NCBI GenBank assembly: GCA_900319245.1 | Contig: ONNQ01000008.1 | Span: forward strand, 13,844 to 77,843 | DNA length: 64,000 nt | Direction of reading: 5' to 3' | From: an uncultured Lachnospiraceae bacterium | GTDB lineage: Bacteria; Bacillota; Clostridia; Lachnospirales; Lachnospiraceae | Shown: positions 9,675 through 18,774 of the stretch, piece by piece | Layout: each line of letters opens with the position of its first letter | How positions within the stretch are numbered: the stretch's first letter is position 1 | Made by a program: the position numbers and the translations under genes | Notes under the pieces: generated by a model | What the model was told of the DNA's origin: nothing | Database searches by the model: none | The model's input: only the letters and a program-made list of their open reading frames with translations

Positions 9675-10514
9675 TTAGAATGACGGCGCATTATCCGCTC
9701 TGAACTGATCCCGCAGTTCCCGGATTCTCTGCTGGGCGTAGTTGTCAAAGGATTTGGCCTGTCCATTTTTAAGGTACCCCGCAAGCCGCCTGTTCTGCCG
9801 GCCCGCCGTGCCGTTTTTCCAATCGCGGTCTGCCTGGGCCACGGCCTTGGTAAGCTGCGCCGCCGCGTCCTCCAGTTCAGGGTGACCGCCGATGTACTCG
9901 GCGTACGCTTCTTCGGGGATCGAGAACTGCAGCGCTGCCAGGTATCGCACACAGTTCTGCCTGCTGCCGGAGAGCCGCCATGCCTTTCCATAGCAGTCCG
10001 CCGCTTCCGCGTAGCGGAATCCGTCGGCGTACAGGCGTCCCTTTTCGGCCCAGATCCGGCCGCGCATCTCCCGTTCCAGTTCCGGAAGTTCTGCCAAAAT
10101 CCCGTCCATCAGCTCGATGGCCTGGGTAATATGTCCCCGGGACGCCGCGAACTTGGCTTCTGTGAGCCTTCGCAGGAATGGTTCCATCCCCTTGCCGGAG
10201 GAGATCGAGGCGCGGATCCTCTCTATTTCGGCAACGCTCTGATAGCCCACATATAGAAGGATAACCGAGACGAAGTCCTCTACCGCGCACCGCCCGCGCA
10301 GGAGCGAGCGCAGCTGGGCAGCCAGCTCGGCGAGGCCGCAGGACTCCTCCAGCCAGACTAAGAGCTCGTGGTCCATAAGGTCCTCGTCCAGAAACGACGC
10401 GCACTGGGCCAGCGAGTAGCACAGCTCCTCCACGGTATAGACGTTCCGGTCAATGATCCGGATCCTATAGGGCTTCTCCGCGATCCGCCCTGTTGTTAGA
10501 ATACTCCTACCCAT
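9675..10514 (-). CDS. Conserved hypothetical protein with TPR-like helical repeat
   Basis: N-terminal PYRI...NVYTVEELCY; TPR-like GRIWAEKGRLYADGFRYAEAADCYGKAW; start overlaps the upstream stop. Confidence 0.75.
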   Translation of the reverse strand: MGRSILTTGRIAEKPYRIRIIDRNVYTVEELCYSLAQCASFLDEDLMDHELLVWLEESCGLAELAAQLRSLLRGRCAVEDFVSVILLYVGYQSVAEIERIRASISSGKGMEPFLRRLTEAKFAASRGHITQAIELMDGILAELPELEREMRGRIWAEKGRLYADGFRYAEAADCYGKAWRLSGSRQNCVRYLAALQFSIPEEAYAEYIGGHPELEDAAAQLTKAVAQADRDWKNGTAGRQNRRLAGYLKNGQAKSFDNYAQQRIRELRDQFRADNAPSF

Positions 10515-11808
10515 TGATAGCAATCTCCTGTTCCCATTTCATCCCCGACGACGGGAAAATCTCTCCAAATCCCATATCCTCGGCTTCGATCCGCATGCGG
10601 TCCGCCGCCGTCATGGAAAGCCTTACCCTTAGCCTTGTCGTCGCGCGGGGCCTCTGCGGCATATTTTCCAGTTTCACGGCGATCTCTCTGGGACTTCCGC
10701 TGTCAACCGGCGTCTGTTGGAGGATGATCTCATCCCCCTCTTCGAGAATGATATCGATCTGAGACGCCGCGTCATACCACTCTGTCCCGGCGTCAAGGAG
10801 CGCCTGGTAGACCGGGCGTCCCTTCTTCAGGCACTGCATGCCGACGTTACAGCGCAGCGCATCTGAACTCAGGTAAAAATACTTGTCCGCCCGGGAGGCC
10901 AGCCCGCAGGCCGCCATGGTGCTGTAGGCGGCGCCTTTGCTGTAAAGGGTGTCGCCCTGAAAGGCCCTTCGTCCTCTGCAGATCAGGTTCAGCGCGTCTT
11001 TCATCCAGCCGCCGCCGAGCGCATCGCCGGTCAAATAGGCGGCCGAGAATTCCTTCTCCTGCATCCATTCTTTGACCGTGTGAAAAAGGATGCGGTCCTT
11101 TTCCGCCGCGTCTGTGTCATTGGAAATCCGAAGCCTTCTCTCATCCGGGAAACATACAATGGGGCGCGTCTTCTTATTAAAAGAGAGGCTCTGCAGAACG
11201 ATTTCCGCGTCCGACCAGCCGTCTACCAAAAGGATGGACTGCCTTCTCTGTTCTTCGTCCTGCATCAGTACATAGTGGTAAAAGGATTTGAGGTGTTCCT
11301 CAAAGGAGATCTTGTCCAGCGCCGGATAGAGCGTGTCGGCGATCACTTTGAAGACTCTGGCGTGGCTGCGGTCCATGACTGCCGTCGTAAAGGTCACTGC
11401 CTCGATCTCCTCGGCTCTCACCTCTACCGACAATAATGACACGCAGTATTGCATGAACCCGAGCAGGATCTGTATAGATTCGCCGCCCTGTGTGTTGGCG
11501 CCGCCCTGCGCGCTCTCGTCCTGCTGCATCTCGCCGGCCGCGAGCGCAAGAAGGTGCGTCAAGGGCTCCTGGCCGTGATCCGCCGCTCTCTGATAAGCCT
11601 CGTTTCCATAGGTCCACGCGCCGGTCTGCGGGTTACGAAATGCGGCAGCCGGGATACTGAATTCCTCCCGCCCGGTCACATACGAGAATGTGTGCGGATC
11701 AATGCCCGCCGCAAGCCGCCGTGTGTTCAGATAAGAGAGCTGGCAGAATCGGTCTGTCAGATCGATTCCCAGAAGATACTTTTTCTCAGGAAGTCTAGTA
11801 AATAGCAT
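10507..11808 (-). CDS. DUF5716-like protein, degenerate Hsp70/ASKHA fold
   Basis: LLGIDL, LLVDG, YLTGD, LYSKGAAY, and C-terminal MPQRPRATTRL...AEDMGFGEIFPSSG. Confidence 0.75.
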   Translation of the reverse strand: MLFTRLPEKKYLLGIDLTDRFCQLSYLNTRRLAAGIDPHTFSYVTGREEFSIPAAAFRNPQTGAWTYGNEAYQRAADHGQEPLTHLLALAAGEMQQDESAQGGANTQGGESIQILLGFMQYCVSLLSVEVRAEEIEAVTFTTAVMDRSHARVFKVIADTLYPALDKISFEEHLKSFYHYVLMQDEEQRRQSILLVDGWSDAEIVLQSLSFNKKTRPIVCFPDERRLRISNDTDAAEKDRILFHTVKEWMQEKEFSAAYLTGDALGGGWMKDALNLICRGRRAFQGDTLYSKGAAYSTMAACGLASRADKYFYLSSDALRCNVGMQCLKKGRPVYQALLDAGTEWYDAASQIDIILEEGDEIILQQTPVDSGSPREIAVKLENMPQRPRATTRLRVRLSMTAADRMRIEAEDMGFGEIFPSSGMKWEQEIAING

Positions 11809-14800
11809 TGCTCTCCTCCTCTGCCCCGAACAGCGTCTTCGTCAGGTACTCCTTCCTCGCGTACTCGCGCATGAGTGCCGCCGCTTTCTCCCGTTCTCTG
11901 CGGTCCGCGGCCCGACAGATCGCGTCAATCTGCGCAAAGCGGTCCGTCTGTACAAGATCGATCCTGGCGTCCTGCCCGATGGTTCCGCTCTCCACGATGT
12001 TCTTCTCTTCCGGATCGTCGGTGATAAAGTAGTGCACCTGCTCTCCATAGAATAAAAAGAAAGAACTGACATAGAAGCCGCGCACCATTTCCTTCATTTC
12101 TCTGGCCATAAAGGGTTCCTGCCTGCCGCCCCGATCGAGCGCACAGTGAATGACCACATGCCCTCTGACGCCACGCGCGCCTGCGGGATTGTGGTATTCG
12201 ATCATGGTCTCTCGATCATAGAGTCTGAGCGCAGGCCCCGCGCCGGCAAATTGCCGGTAGAAGGGGAATACGATCTCTTCCCGCAGGAGGGAAGTGAGAA
12301 AGCGCTCCGCAGACGCCGCTTCCTTCTCGGAGAAATTGCCCTCTCCTTCTGCCAGCGTCTTGAGATAGGCCAGCCTGCAGATCGCCGGAAGGGTCTGCCC
12401 TTCCCGGTCCGCCTCTGTGATCAGGTTCATCATAGAGGAATCCATATCGTGCCAATTCGCAAATACATAGTGGCAGTACTGCGCGATGCCTGCCGCGGAT
12501 AGTGTTCTGTGGGCGGCACCTCTGCGATACTGCCGCAAAAGCAGTGCCTCCTGTTGCGCCCCCATTTCGCCGCTGAACAGCATCTGGGCCAAAAGTCTGT
12601 CCTCCGCCATCACGAAGGCCGGCTCGTCCGGATCCTCCTGCGCCTCTTCCATCACCGCGTCGCGCACCCGGCTGAGGTCTTCCAAGAGCCCGTCGTAGCT
12701 GTGTAAAATGAGTTCCAAGACCGGTCTTTGCCGGTTTCCTCTCTCAAAAGCCGCCCAGGCGATCCTTCCCGCCTCTCTCTCTTTGCTCTCCTCTTCGCGC
12801 GCTTTGTCTGCCGCGCCGAGCGCCACCGCGGCAAGGAGCTCTGCGGTGCATCCTTCCGCGCCGCCCGTCACGATCCATTCTGCCGCTTCCGGATCCATGC
12901 TGCACCGGTTCATGAGCGCGATGACCCTTGTCCGGTCTTTCGTCCCGAGGTCGCCGGGCCTGAGCGTGCCTGCCACAGCGCGCAGTTTGTCCATGTCTCC
13001 GCTCTTTTCATAGTAATCCATGAGGCGGAGCTTCAGGCGAATTCGATAGGACTCGGCAATACCCGCTGCGCGGACGAGAATTTCACAGTACTGGAGCGTA
13101 TCGGCCGTGACAGCAAAGTCCTCGCCTGCCGCGCCCGAGATCTCCAGTGCAAACGGCAGATCCGACATCTCCTGCAGCGAAACCTGATCCGGCGCCTTGA
13201 CCGGATTCATCATGCGGTCACAAGTATAGGGAACGCTCGCTGTGTAGCGGTTGTGCTGCGCGTCCTCGAGGAAAATCCGGTTGTCATCCCCATAGACGGG
13301 CATGATGCAGTTTCCGTTTTCCACAGGGTAGATCCGCTCTTTACTGCTCTGTGCGTAGACGGCGACTGCCTTTTTCATATTCATGTGTGTGGTCCGCAGA
13401 TGGGACAGATAAGAGAGCTTGGTCAAGTCTCCTGCATTATCCGGCCGTATGGCTTCATCCATCAGGGCCGCTGTGTACAGCGCCGCAAGGTTCTCCGACA
13501 TCCGGTGCTCCTCGATCTGTACCCCGAGAAAGGCCCGTATATCATCCTGACACTGGGCGTAGACGTCCGGATAGCGCTTCCTGTTTTGATACAGGTAGCG
13601 ATAGTAATAGGCTCTGTTCTCCAGAGGCAGCATTGCGCTCCGATAGGAGCTTCGCATGACCGAATCCGGGATCATGCCACTGTAATCTTCCGGCATAGAC
13701 TGCAGGAAGCACTCTTCAAGGCGCACTATGGAAAGCCCTTTTTCCACGGCTCTTGAATACCATACAAAGCTGTCCGGCGAGGTCTTCCCCCCGCGGATCA
13801 AAAGGACGCAAATGCTGCGCAGGATGGCCGCCTGCAAAGGCCGCATTTTCTCCTGTCCGTATGCGGTTGTGAGCGTGCGAAAAAGGGATTTGGAGAACTC
13901 TCTTCTTCTCTCTGTTCTCTCGACCACCCCTTCCATGATCCGGACGTCCAGAAGTTCCTTGCGGAGCGCGTAAATGAGAAGCTGCCGCTCAAAGGCGTCC
14001 CCGCCGTAGCGGCCTGCCCGCCGGTCTTCCCGCAGACTCAGATAGCCGGGATCTGCCACGACCATATCCCACGCCTCCAGATACATGATGGGACTGCGGC
14101 AGCCGTTCATGAACTGTTTTTTGATAAAGTTCCAGCGTGCCGGCGTCCCCGGCGCGTACTCAGGCAGAAGCTGCAGCATCATCCAGGCAATTCTCCAGTC
14201 GGCCGGATTTCGCCTGTAGCGTTCCCTGAGAATTCTCCCCACCCGGGGGGAAATAAGATCCGCGTCATGGTAGGCCAGCGCCGTCAGAAACTGCCTGTAG
14301 CAGTACTCGACTTCCGACTCCCCTTTATACTGGCTGTATCCCATTTCCAGCACTTCGCCGGCAGACACGCCCGCCAGCCTTCTGCGGACGCCTTCCAGCT
14401 CCATGACCGCCTGATGAATCCGGTTCTCCATGAGCATCAGCTGCGCCGCATACAGCCGGGGCAAAACACTGTCCCTTTTCAGGAAGGATAGGCGCTTGAT
14501 CAGCTCGTCCGCCTGGCGCAGCCACTCGCCGTCATCGATTGCGCCGGAAAGGCCCTGGGCCTCTCTCGACCAGCTAAGGCGCAGGTGCTCATAATGGCGC
14601 ATCATCTCGAGCAGCGCTCGACGGCTCTCCCGGTCCTGTCGGGCCCTGTTGTCGCTTCGCCGTCTGTAAATGATCTCCACCGGGATCTGCATCTCCTGGT
14701 AGGGCGACTGCAAATAGATCCTGCCAAAGTTTCTTCCCGCATGCAGTCTGCGGCGCTCCACTTTATAGGTAAACGTACAGGCATCGCCGATGAAATCGCC

Positions 14801-15574
14801 GCCCTCCAAATAGGTCGCGGAAGGCGCGAGGAATGAACCGGCCATAGAGACCTTGAGTCTTGTAAAGCCCCATCCGCGTCTTCGGATCGTAAACCTGTAT
14901 TCCGTGCTCTCTGTATCAAATGCCGATCTGCCGATCTCAAAGATCTCTGTTCGGATCTCTTTACAGTCCGTCAAAAACTCCACGGGATCCTTGCCGCATG
15001 CGGCGATCAGGAATTCTTCCACGTTCTGTTCGTTTCCTGGATACTGGGAGAGTCCCCGGTAAAGCATTTTCTCCTCGTCTGTCACAAGGGACTGCGCAAA
15101 CTCCTTTTTATAGAACAGCCTGACAGCGCTTCCCCAGTCCTCGTCGGCCAGGGTCAAAAAACGGATGGCCGCTGTGTTTTGACTCGAGATCTCGCTCATC
15201 TCCCGGCCGGTCGTCTGCGCGCTGATCACCTCCGCCTTGAAGGGAAGCTTGTATTCTCCGCGATTGGAGACAATGCCAATGAGGCCCTCGCATTCCTCCC
15301 CTTCCTGGAGCGTGCCTGCGTCAAAGCGCCAGCTGATCCGGTCCGGATTTTGCGAAAAGCTGCTGCGCCTGGGCTGCATATGGAAATTATTCGAGGTCAC
15401 AAAACCGATCACCGACACGCCGGGCGGCCCCGCAATGACGAACTGGCCCTCCGCGATTCCACCAGGACTTACCTGTATGCGCAGGATCTCCGGCGTAATG
15501 CGAAGTCCCTGATCCGAAATATTGTATTCTTCATCCGCCATGTTGGAGGCGGTATATAATTCTCGATATCCCAT
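11795..15574 (-). CDS. DUF5717-like large protein (1259 aa)
   Basis: N-terminal beta-rich repeats (SNRGEYKLPF, LHAGRNFGRI), long helical middle, C-terminal FFLFYGEQVHYFI; typical partner of DUF5716. Confidence 0.75.
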   Translation of the reverse strand: MGYRELYTASNMADEEYNISDQGLRITPEILRIQVSPGGIAEGQFVIAGPPGVSVIGFVTSNNFHMQPRRSSFSQNPDRISWRFDAGTLQEGEECEGLIGIVSNRGEYKLPFKAEVISAQTTGREMSEISSQNTAAIRFLTLADEDWGSAVRLFYKKEFAQSLVTDEEKMLYRGLSQYPGNEQNVEEFLIAACGKDPVEFLTDCKEIRTEIFEIGRSAFDTESTEYRFTIRRRGWGFTRLKVSMAGSFLAPSATYLEGGDFIGDACTFTYKVERRRLHAGRNFGRIYLQSPYQEMQIPVEIIYRRRSDNRARQDRESRRALLEMMRHYEHLRLSWSREAQGLSGAIDDGEWLRQADELIKRLSFLKRDSVLPRLYAAQLMLMENRIHQAVMELEGVRRRLAGVSAGEVLEMGYSQYKGESEVEYCYRQFLTALAYHDADLISPRVGRILRERYRRNPADWRIAWMMLQLLPEYAPGTPARWNFIKKQFMNGCRSPIMYLEAWDMVVADPGYLSLREDRRAGRYGGDAFERQLLIYALRKELLDVRIMEGVVERTERRREFSKSLFRTLTTAYGQEKMRPLQAAILRSICVLLIRGGKTSPDSFVWYSRAVEKGLSIVRLEECFLQSMPEDYSGMIPDSVMRSSYRSAMLPLENRAYYYRYLYQNRKRYPDVYAQCQDDIRAFLGVQIEEHRMSENLAALYTAALMDEAIRPDNAGDLTKLSYLSHLRTTHMNMKKAVAVYAQSSKERIYPVENGNCIMPVYGDDNRIFLEDAQHNRYTASVPYTCDRMMNPVKAPDQVSLQEMSDLPFALEISGAAGEDFAVTADTLQYCEILVRAAGIAESYRIRLKLRLMDYYEKSGDMDKLRAVAGTLRPGDLGTKDRTRVIALMNRCSMDPEAAEWIVTGGAEGCTAELLAAVALGAADKAREEESKEREAGRIAWAAFERGNRQRPVLELILHSYDGLLEDLSRVRDAVMEEAQEDPDEPAFVMAEDRLLAQMLFSGEMGAQQEALLLRQYRRGAAHRTLSAAGIAQYCHYVFANWHDMDSSMMNLITEADREGQTLPAICRLAYLKTLAEGEGNFSEKEAASAERFLTSLLREEIVFPFYRQFAGAGPALRLYDRETMIEYHNPAGARGVRGHVVIHCALDRGGRQEPFMAREMKEMVRGFYVSSFFLFYGEQVHYFITDDPEEKNIVESGTIGQDARIDLVQTDRFAQIDAICRAADRREREKAAALMREYARKEYLTKTLFGAEEESNAIY

Positions 15575-15639
15575 ACTTATACGCTCCGAAGCCCATAGTT
15601 TCCCAAGATACCAGCATTATAGCATGATTATCCACGCAG

Positions 15640-15678
15640 AAAAAGACGACCCTGTCCGTCTCGTGCGGGCAGGGTCGC
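15640..15678 (-). terminator. Intrinsic terminator of htpG
   Basis: Stem CGACCCTG.CCG/CGG.CAGGGTCG followed by TCTTTTT on the minus strand. Confidence 0.7.
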
Positions 15679-15700
15679 CATTCAATACCGATATGATGGA

Positions 15701-17830
15701 TTATTCTTCTGTGGGCTCTTCGGCAGGCGCCTCATCTGCTTCCGCCTCCGCTCCCTTGGTGAGCATGAGCATGATCTCGTTGCTTCTTACAATAAAACTT
15801 GCCATATCCTCCGCGGACAGCGGTGCGTTCTGGATCTGGGCCAGATCATACAGCTGCTGGCAGATCAGCTTGGTATTCGCGCCTTCCTCGTGCTCCATCA
15901 CATACTTGACGAGCGGGTGCTTGGCGTTGAGGATCAGGGTCTGGCCTTCCTTGCCCCAGTCGGGCATGCCCATTCCCATGCCGGATGCGGCGTACATCTT
16001 CATCATGTCCGCCATTCTGCGGCTCTGCTCGTCGACGGTCAGCATGGAGGCGGTCTTCTTGTCGCGGAGATTCTCTATTTTGACCCCGAGCTTGTCATTC
16101 TTGACTGCTTTGCGGATCATCTTCTCCAGCTTCTCGGACTGTTCCTTGAGACTCTCAGCGGCCTTCTTGCCGGTGCGGGACTTGAGTGCGTCCTGGATGT
16201 CCGCGTCGATTCTTGCAAAGTGAAGTCCCTCGTTCTTGGCCTCCAGCTGCTGGATGAAGGGCTGGTCGATGGTGTGAGGCAGGACAAAGGCCTGCATCTT
16301 GTTGGCCTTAAACATGCGGATGTACTGGCTCTGCTGCTGCAGGTCCGTCACGTAGTAGATGGTGTGATCGACAGGCGCTTCTTCTGCCTTGTCGGCCTCC
16401 TCTGCGGACTCGCCTACGACCTCTGCCTCTACCTTCTCGCCGTTCTCATCGGTCGCGGTCTCTTTGTTCTCGTCGGCCTCGGGATCGATCTTGTTGACGT
16501 TGAGTGCCTCGGGCGTGGTCAGATAGTTGCCGTCCAGATCCTTGAAGAGGATGTAATCGGTCATTCTGGTGCAGAACTTGTCGTCTTTCAGGCATCCGTA
16601 CTTGATGAAGGGGCTGATGTCGTCCCAGTACTTGTCATAGTTTTCCTTGTCGGTCTTGCACATGCCGGCCAGCTTGTCCGCCACCTTCTTGGTGATGTAG
16701 TCGCTGATCTTCTGTGCGAATCCGTCGTTCTGCAGCGCGCTTCTGGACACGTTCAGAGGAAGATCGGGGCAGTCGATGACGCCCTTGAGCAGCATCAGAT
16801 ACTCCGGAATGACTTCCTTGATATTGTCGGCGATGAATACCTGGTTGTTGTAGAGCTTGATCACGCCTTCCGCCGACTCGTACTCCAGATTCAGCTTGGG
16901 GAAGTACAGGATTCCCTTGAGGTTATAGGGATAATCCATGTTCAGGTGGATCCAGAACAGGGGCTCCTTGTAGTCTCTGAAGACCTTTCTGTAGAACTCC
17001 TTGTACTCCTCTTCGGTGCACTCGCTGGGATTCTTGCCCCACAGCGGATGGGTGTCGTTCATGAGCGCGGGACGCTTGCGGATCTTGAGTCTCTTCTCCT
17101 GGGGCTCCTTGTCGCCGTCCTTCTTCTCGGGCTCGATGACCTCGATGACGACGTCGTCGGGCTGTCTCTCGGACTCATTGATCGTCTGGGTCTCCTTGGT
17201 GTCCTTCTCGGAGAGATAAATCTCTGTGGGCATGAAGGAGCAGTACTTCTCGATGACTTCCTGTGCTCTGTAGTAGTTGGCGAACTCCACGCAGTCCTCT
17301 GTCAGGTGCAGCGTGATCGTTGTGCCAAAACTCTGTCTGCTGCCCTTGTCCATGGTGTAGGTGCTGCCGCCGTCGCACTCCCAGTGCACCGGCTCCGCGC
17401 CTTCCTGATAGGACAGGGTATCGATGGTCACAAGGCTTGCCACCATGAAGGCACTGTAAAATCCAAGTCCGAAATGGCCGATGATCTGATCGTCGCTTGC
17501 CTTGTCCTTGTACTTCGCAAGGAAGGCCTCCGCACCGGAGAAGGCGATGTTGTTGATATACTCCTTGACCTCGTCAGCCGTCATGCCGATACCGTTATCG
17601 GATACTGTGATAGTTCTGTCATTGGGGTTCACCTGAATATCAATCCTGGCCTTATAATCATCCGGCAGGGCAAAATCTCCCATCATGTCGAGCTTTTTAA
17701 GCTTGGTAATCGCATCACAGCCATTGGAGATCAGCTCCCTGTAGAAGATATCGTGATCGCTGTACAGCCACTTCTTGATAATGGGAAACATATTCTCGCT
17801 GTTAATAGACAATGATCCTTTTTCTGCCAT
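15701..17830 (-). CDS. htpG: Hsp90 chaperone HtpG
   Basis: IFYRELISNGCDA, DNGIGMT, IGHFGLGFYSAF, DLPLNVSRS.LQ. Confidence 0.97.
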   Translation of the reverse strand: MAEKGSLSINSENMFPIIKKWLYSDHDIFYRELISNGCDAITKLKKLDMMGDFALPDDYKARIDIQVNPNDRTITVSDNGIGMTADEVKEYINNIAFSGAEAFLAKYKDKASDDQIIGHFGLGFYSAFMVASLVTIDTLSYQEGAEPVHWECDGGSTYTMDKGSRQSFGTTITLHLTEDCVEFANYYRAQEVIEKYCSFMPTEIYLSEKDTKETQTINESERQPDDVVIEVIEPEKKDGDKEPQEKRLKIRKRPALMNDTHPLWGKNPSECTEEEYKEFYRKVFRDYKEPLFWIHLNMDYPYNLKGILYFPKLNLEYESAEGVIKLYNNQVFIADNIKEVIPEYLMLLKGVIDCPDLPLNVSRSALQNDGFAQKISDYITKKVADKLAGMCKTDKENYDKYWDDISPFIKYGCLKDDKFCTRMTDYILFKDLDGNYLTTPEALNVNKIDPEADENKETATDENGEKVEAEVVGESAEEADKAEEAPVDHTIYYVTDLQQQSQYIRMFKANKMQAFVLPHTIDQPFIQQLEAKNEGLHFARIDADIQDALKSRTGKKAAESLKEQSEKLEKMIRKAVKNDKLGVKIENLRDKKTASMLTVDEQSRRMADMMKMYAASGMGMGMPDWGKEGQTLILNAKHPLVKYVMEHEEGANTKLICQQLYDLAQIQNAPLSAEDMASFIVRSNEIMLMLTKGAEAEADEAPAEEPTEE

Positions 17831-17908
17831 GTTCGTACTCCTTTATCATCTATGCGTGAATTTGTATGAATACACTGTATGCAGAGCCCGCAGGCTCTCA
17901 TAAAAGAG

Positions 17909-17937
17909 AGTTTAGTCCTATGGGTAGTAAATGTCAA
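17909..17937 (-). promoter_or_regulatory. Sigma-A promoter of htpG
   Basis: TTGACA-17 bp-TAAACT on the minus strand. Confidence 0.7.
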
Positions 17938-17944
17938 TAAAAAA

Positions 17945-17971
17945 TTAGCACTCATTAAGCATGAGTGCTAA
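17945..17971. promoter_or_regulatory. CIRCE element (HrcA operator)
   Basis: Perfect TTAGCACTC-N9-GAGTGCTAA just upstream of the htpG -35. Confidence 0.95.
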
Positions 17972-18023
17972 CAACCTATTCCATTTGTCGTTTGTCATCT
18001 GCCTGCTGCCTGTAAGACGCGCC

Positions 18024-18722
18024 TCACTGCTGAGTGCCTTCCGATTCGTCCTCGATCGTCCGATCTCTCCCCAGACTCGATGTGCCAAAATATTTGGCGT
18101 ACACTTCCGAAAATCCAGGCGTGTCGACCAGATTTTCAATATCCGCCAGCGCCACCGTATTCCAGAGGGATTCGTTGAGGTCATAGTCCAGCGTCATGCA
18201 GAAACTGTCATACCGCTCCTCGAAGTTCGTGCCGATGCTGTTATAGACCTTCTGGGCCAGCGCGTACTGCTCAAAAAGATCCTGCAGCACCTCCTCTTCA
18301 ATCCCGATGTAGGCCTTCTCTTCCTCAGACAAGCTCTCATAGTACTCGGTCTGCGCCTCGTCGGCCATGATCTCTTCCGCATCCGTCAGCATGATATTGT
18401 CCTGCACAGCCAGAAGGAGCATGACCTTGAGCCGGGAGGCCTCCGAGAGGGCTCTCTGTTCGATCGCTTCCTTCAGGTCATCGCCCTCGGCGCTCTCCCA
18501 GACGGCATGACCAAAGGTCCGCTCGCAGTGTTTCTGCAGGTTGATCAGGAATACGTTGTACTCCTGGATCGTGCAGTTGGTATTGCCGATCCGGAACAGC
18601 TCCTCCTTGCCAAATCCTCTGGTCATCACAAGTCTCTTGCCGCATCCGGTCATCGCGAACGATGCGATCAGCATAAGAAGCAGCAGCGCGCAACGCATCG
18701 CCCGCTTTCCGCTATTCTCCAT
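18024..18722 (-). CDS. Lipoprotein, PrsA/SurA N-terminal-like
   Basis: Signal peptide with MTGC lipobox; acidic helical body resembling foldase N/C domains. Confidence 0.65.
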   Translation of the reverse strand: MENSGKRAMRCALLLLMLIASFAMTGCGKRLVMTRGFGKEELFRIGNTNCTIQEYNVFLINLQKHCERTFGHAVWESAEGDDLKEAIEQRALSEASRLKVMLLLAVQDNIMLTDAEEIMADEAQTEYYESLSEEEKAYIGIEEEVLQDLFEQYALAQKVYNSIGTNFEERYDSFCMTLDYDLNESLWNTVALADIENLVDTPGFSEVYAKYFGTSSLGRDRTIEDESEGTQQ

Positions 18723-18774
18723 ATCTTTTATCCGTCCTTTCCGTAAAAGGCTCGCAGCGCCTTTGATACGTCCG

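Noticed and set aside
15890-17815. 641-aa ORF antisense to htpG, and similar long ORFs opposite purA, purB, potA, GH13, gdhA and the thiolases
   Set aside because: Expected from codon bias that removes stops in the antisense frame; no RBS or recognisable motifs.
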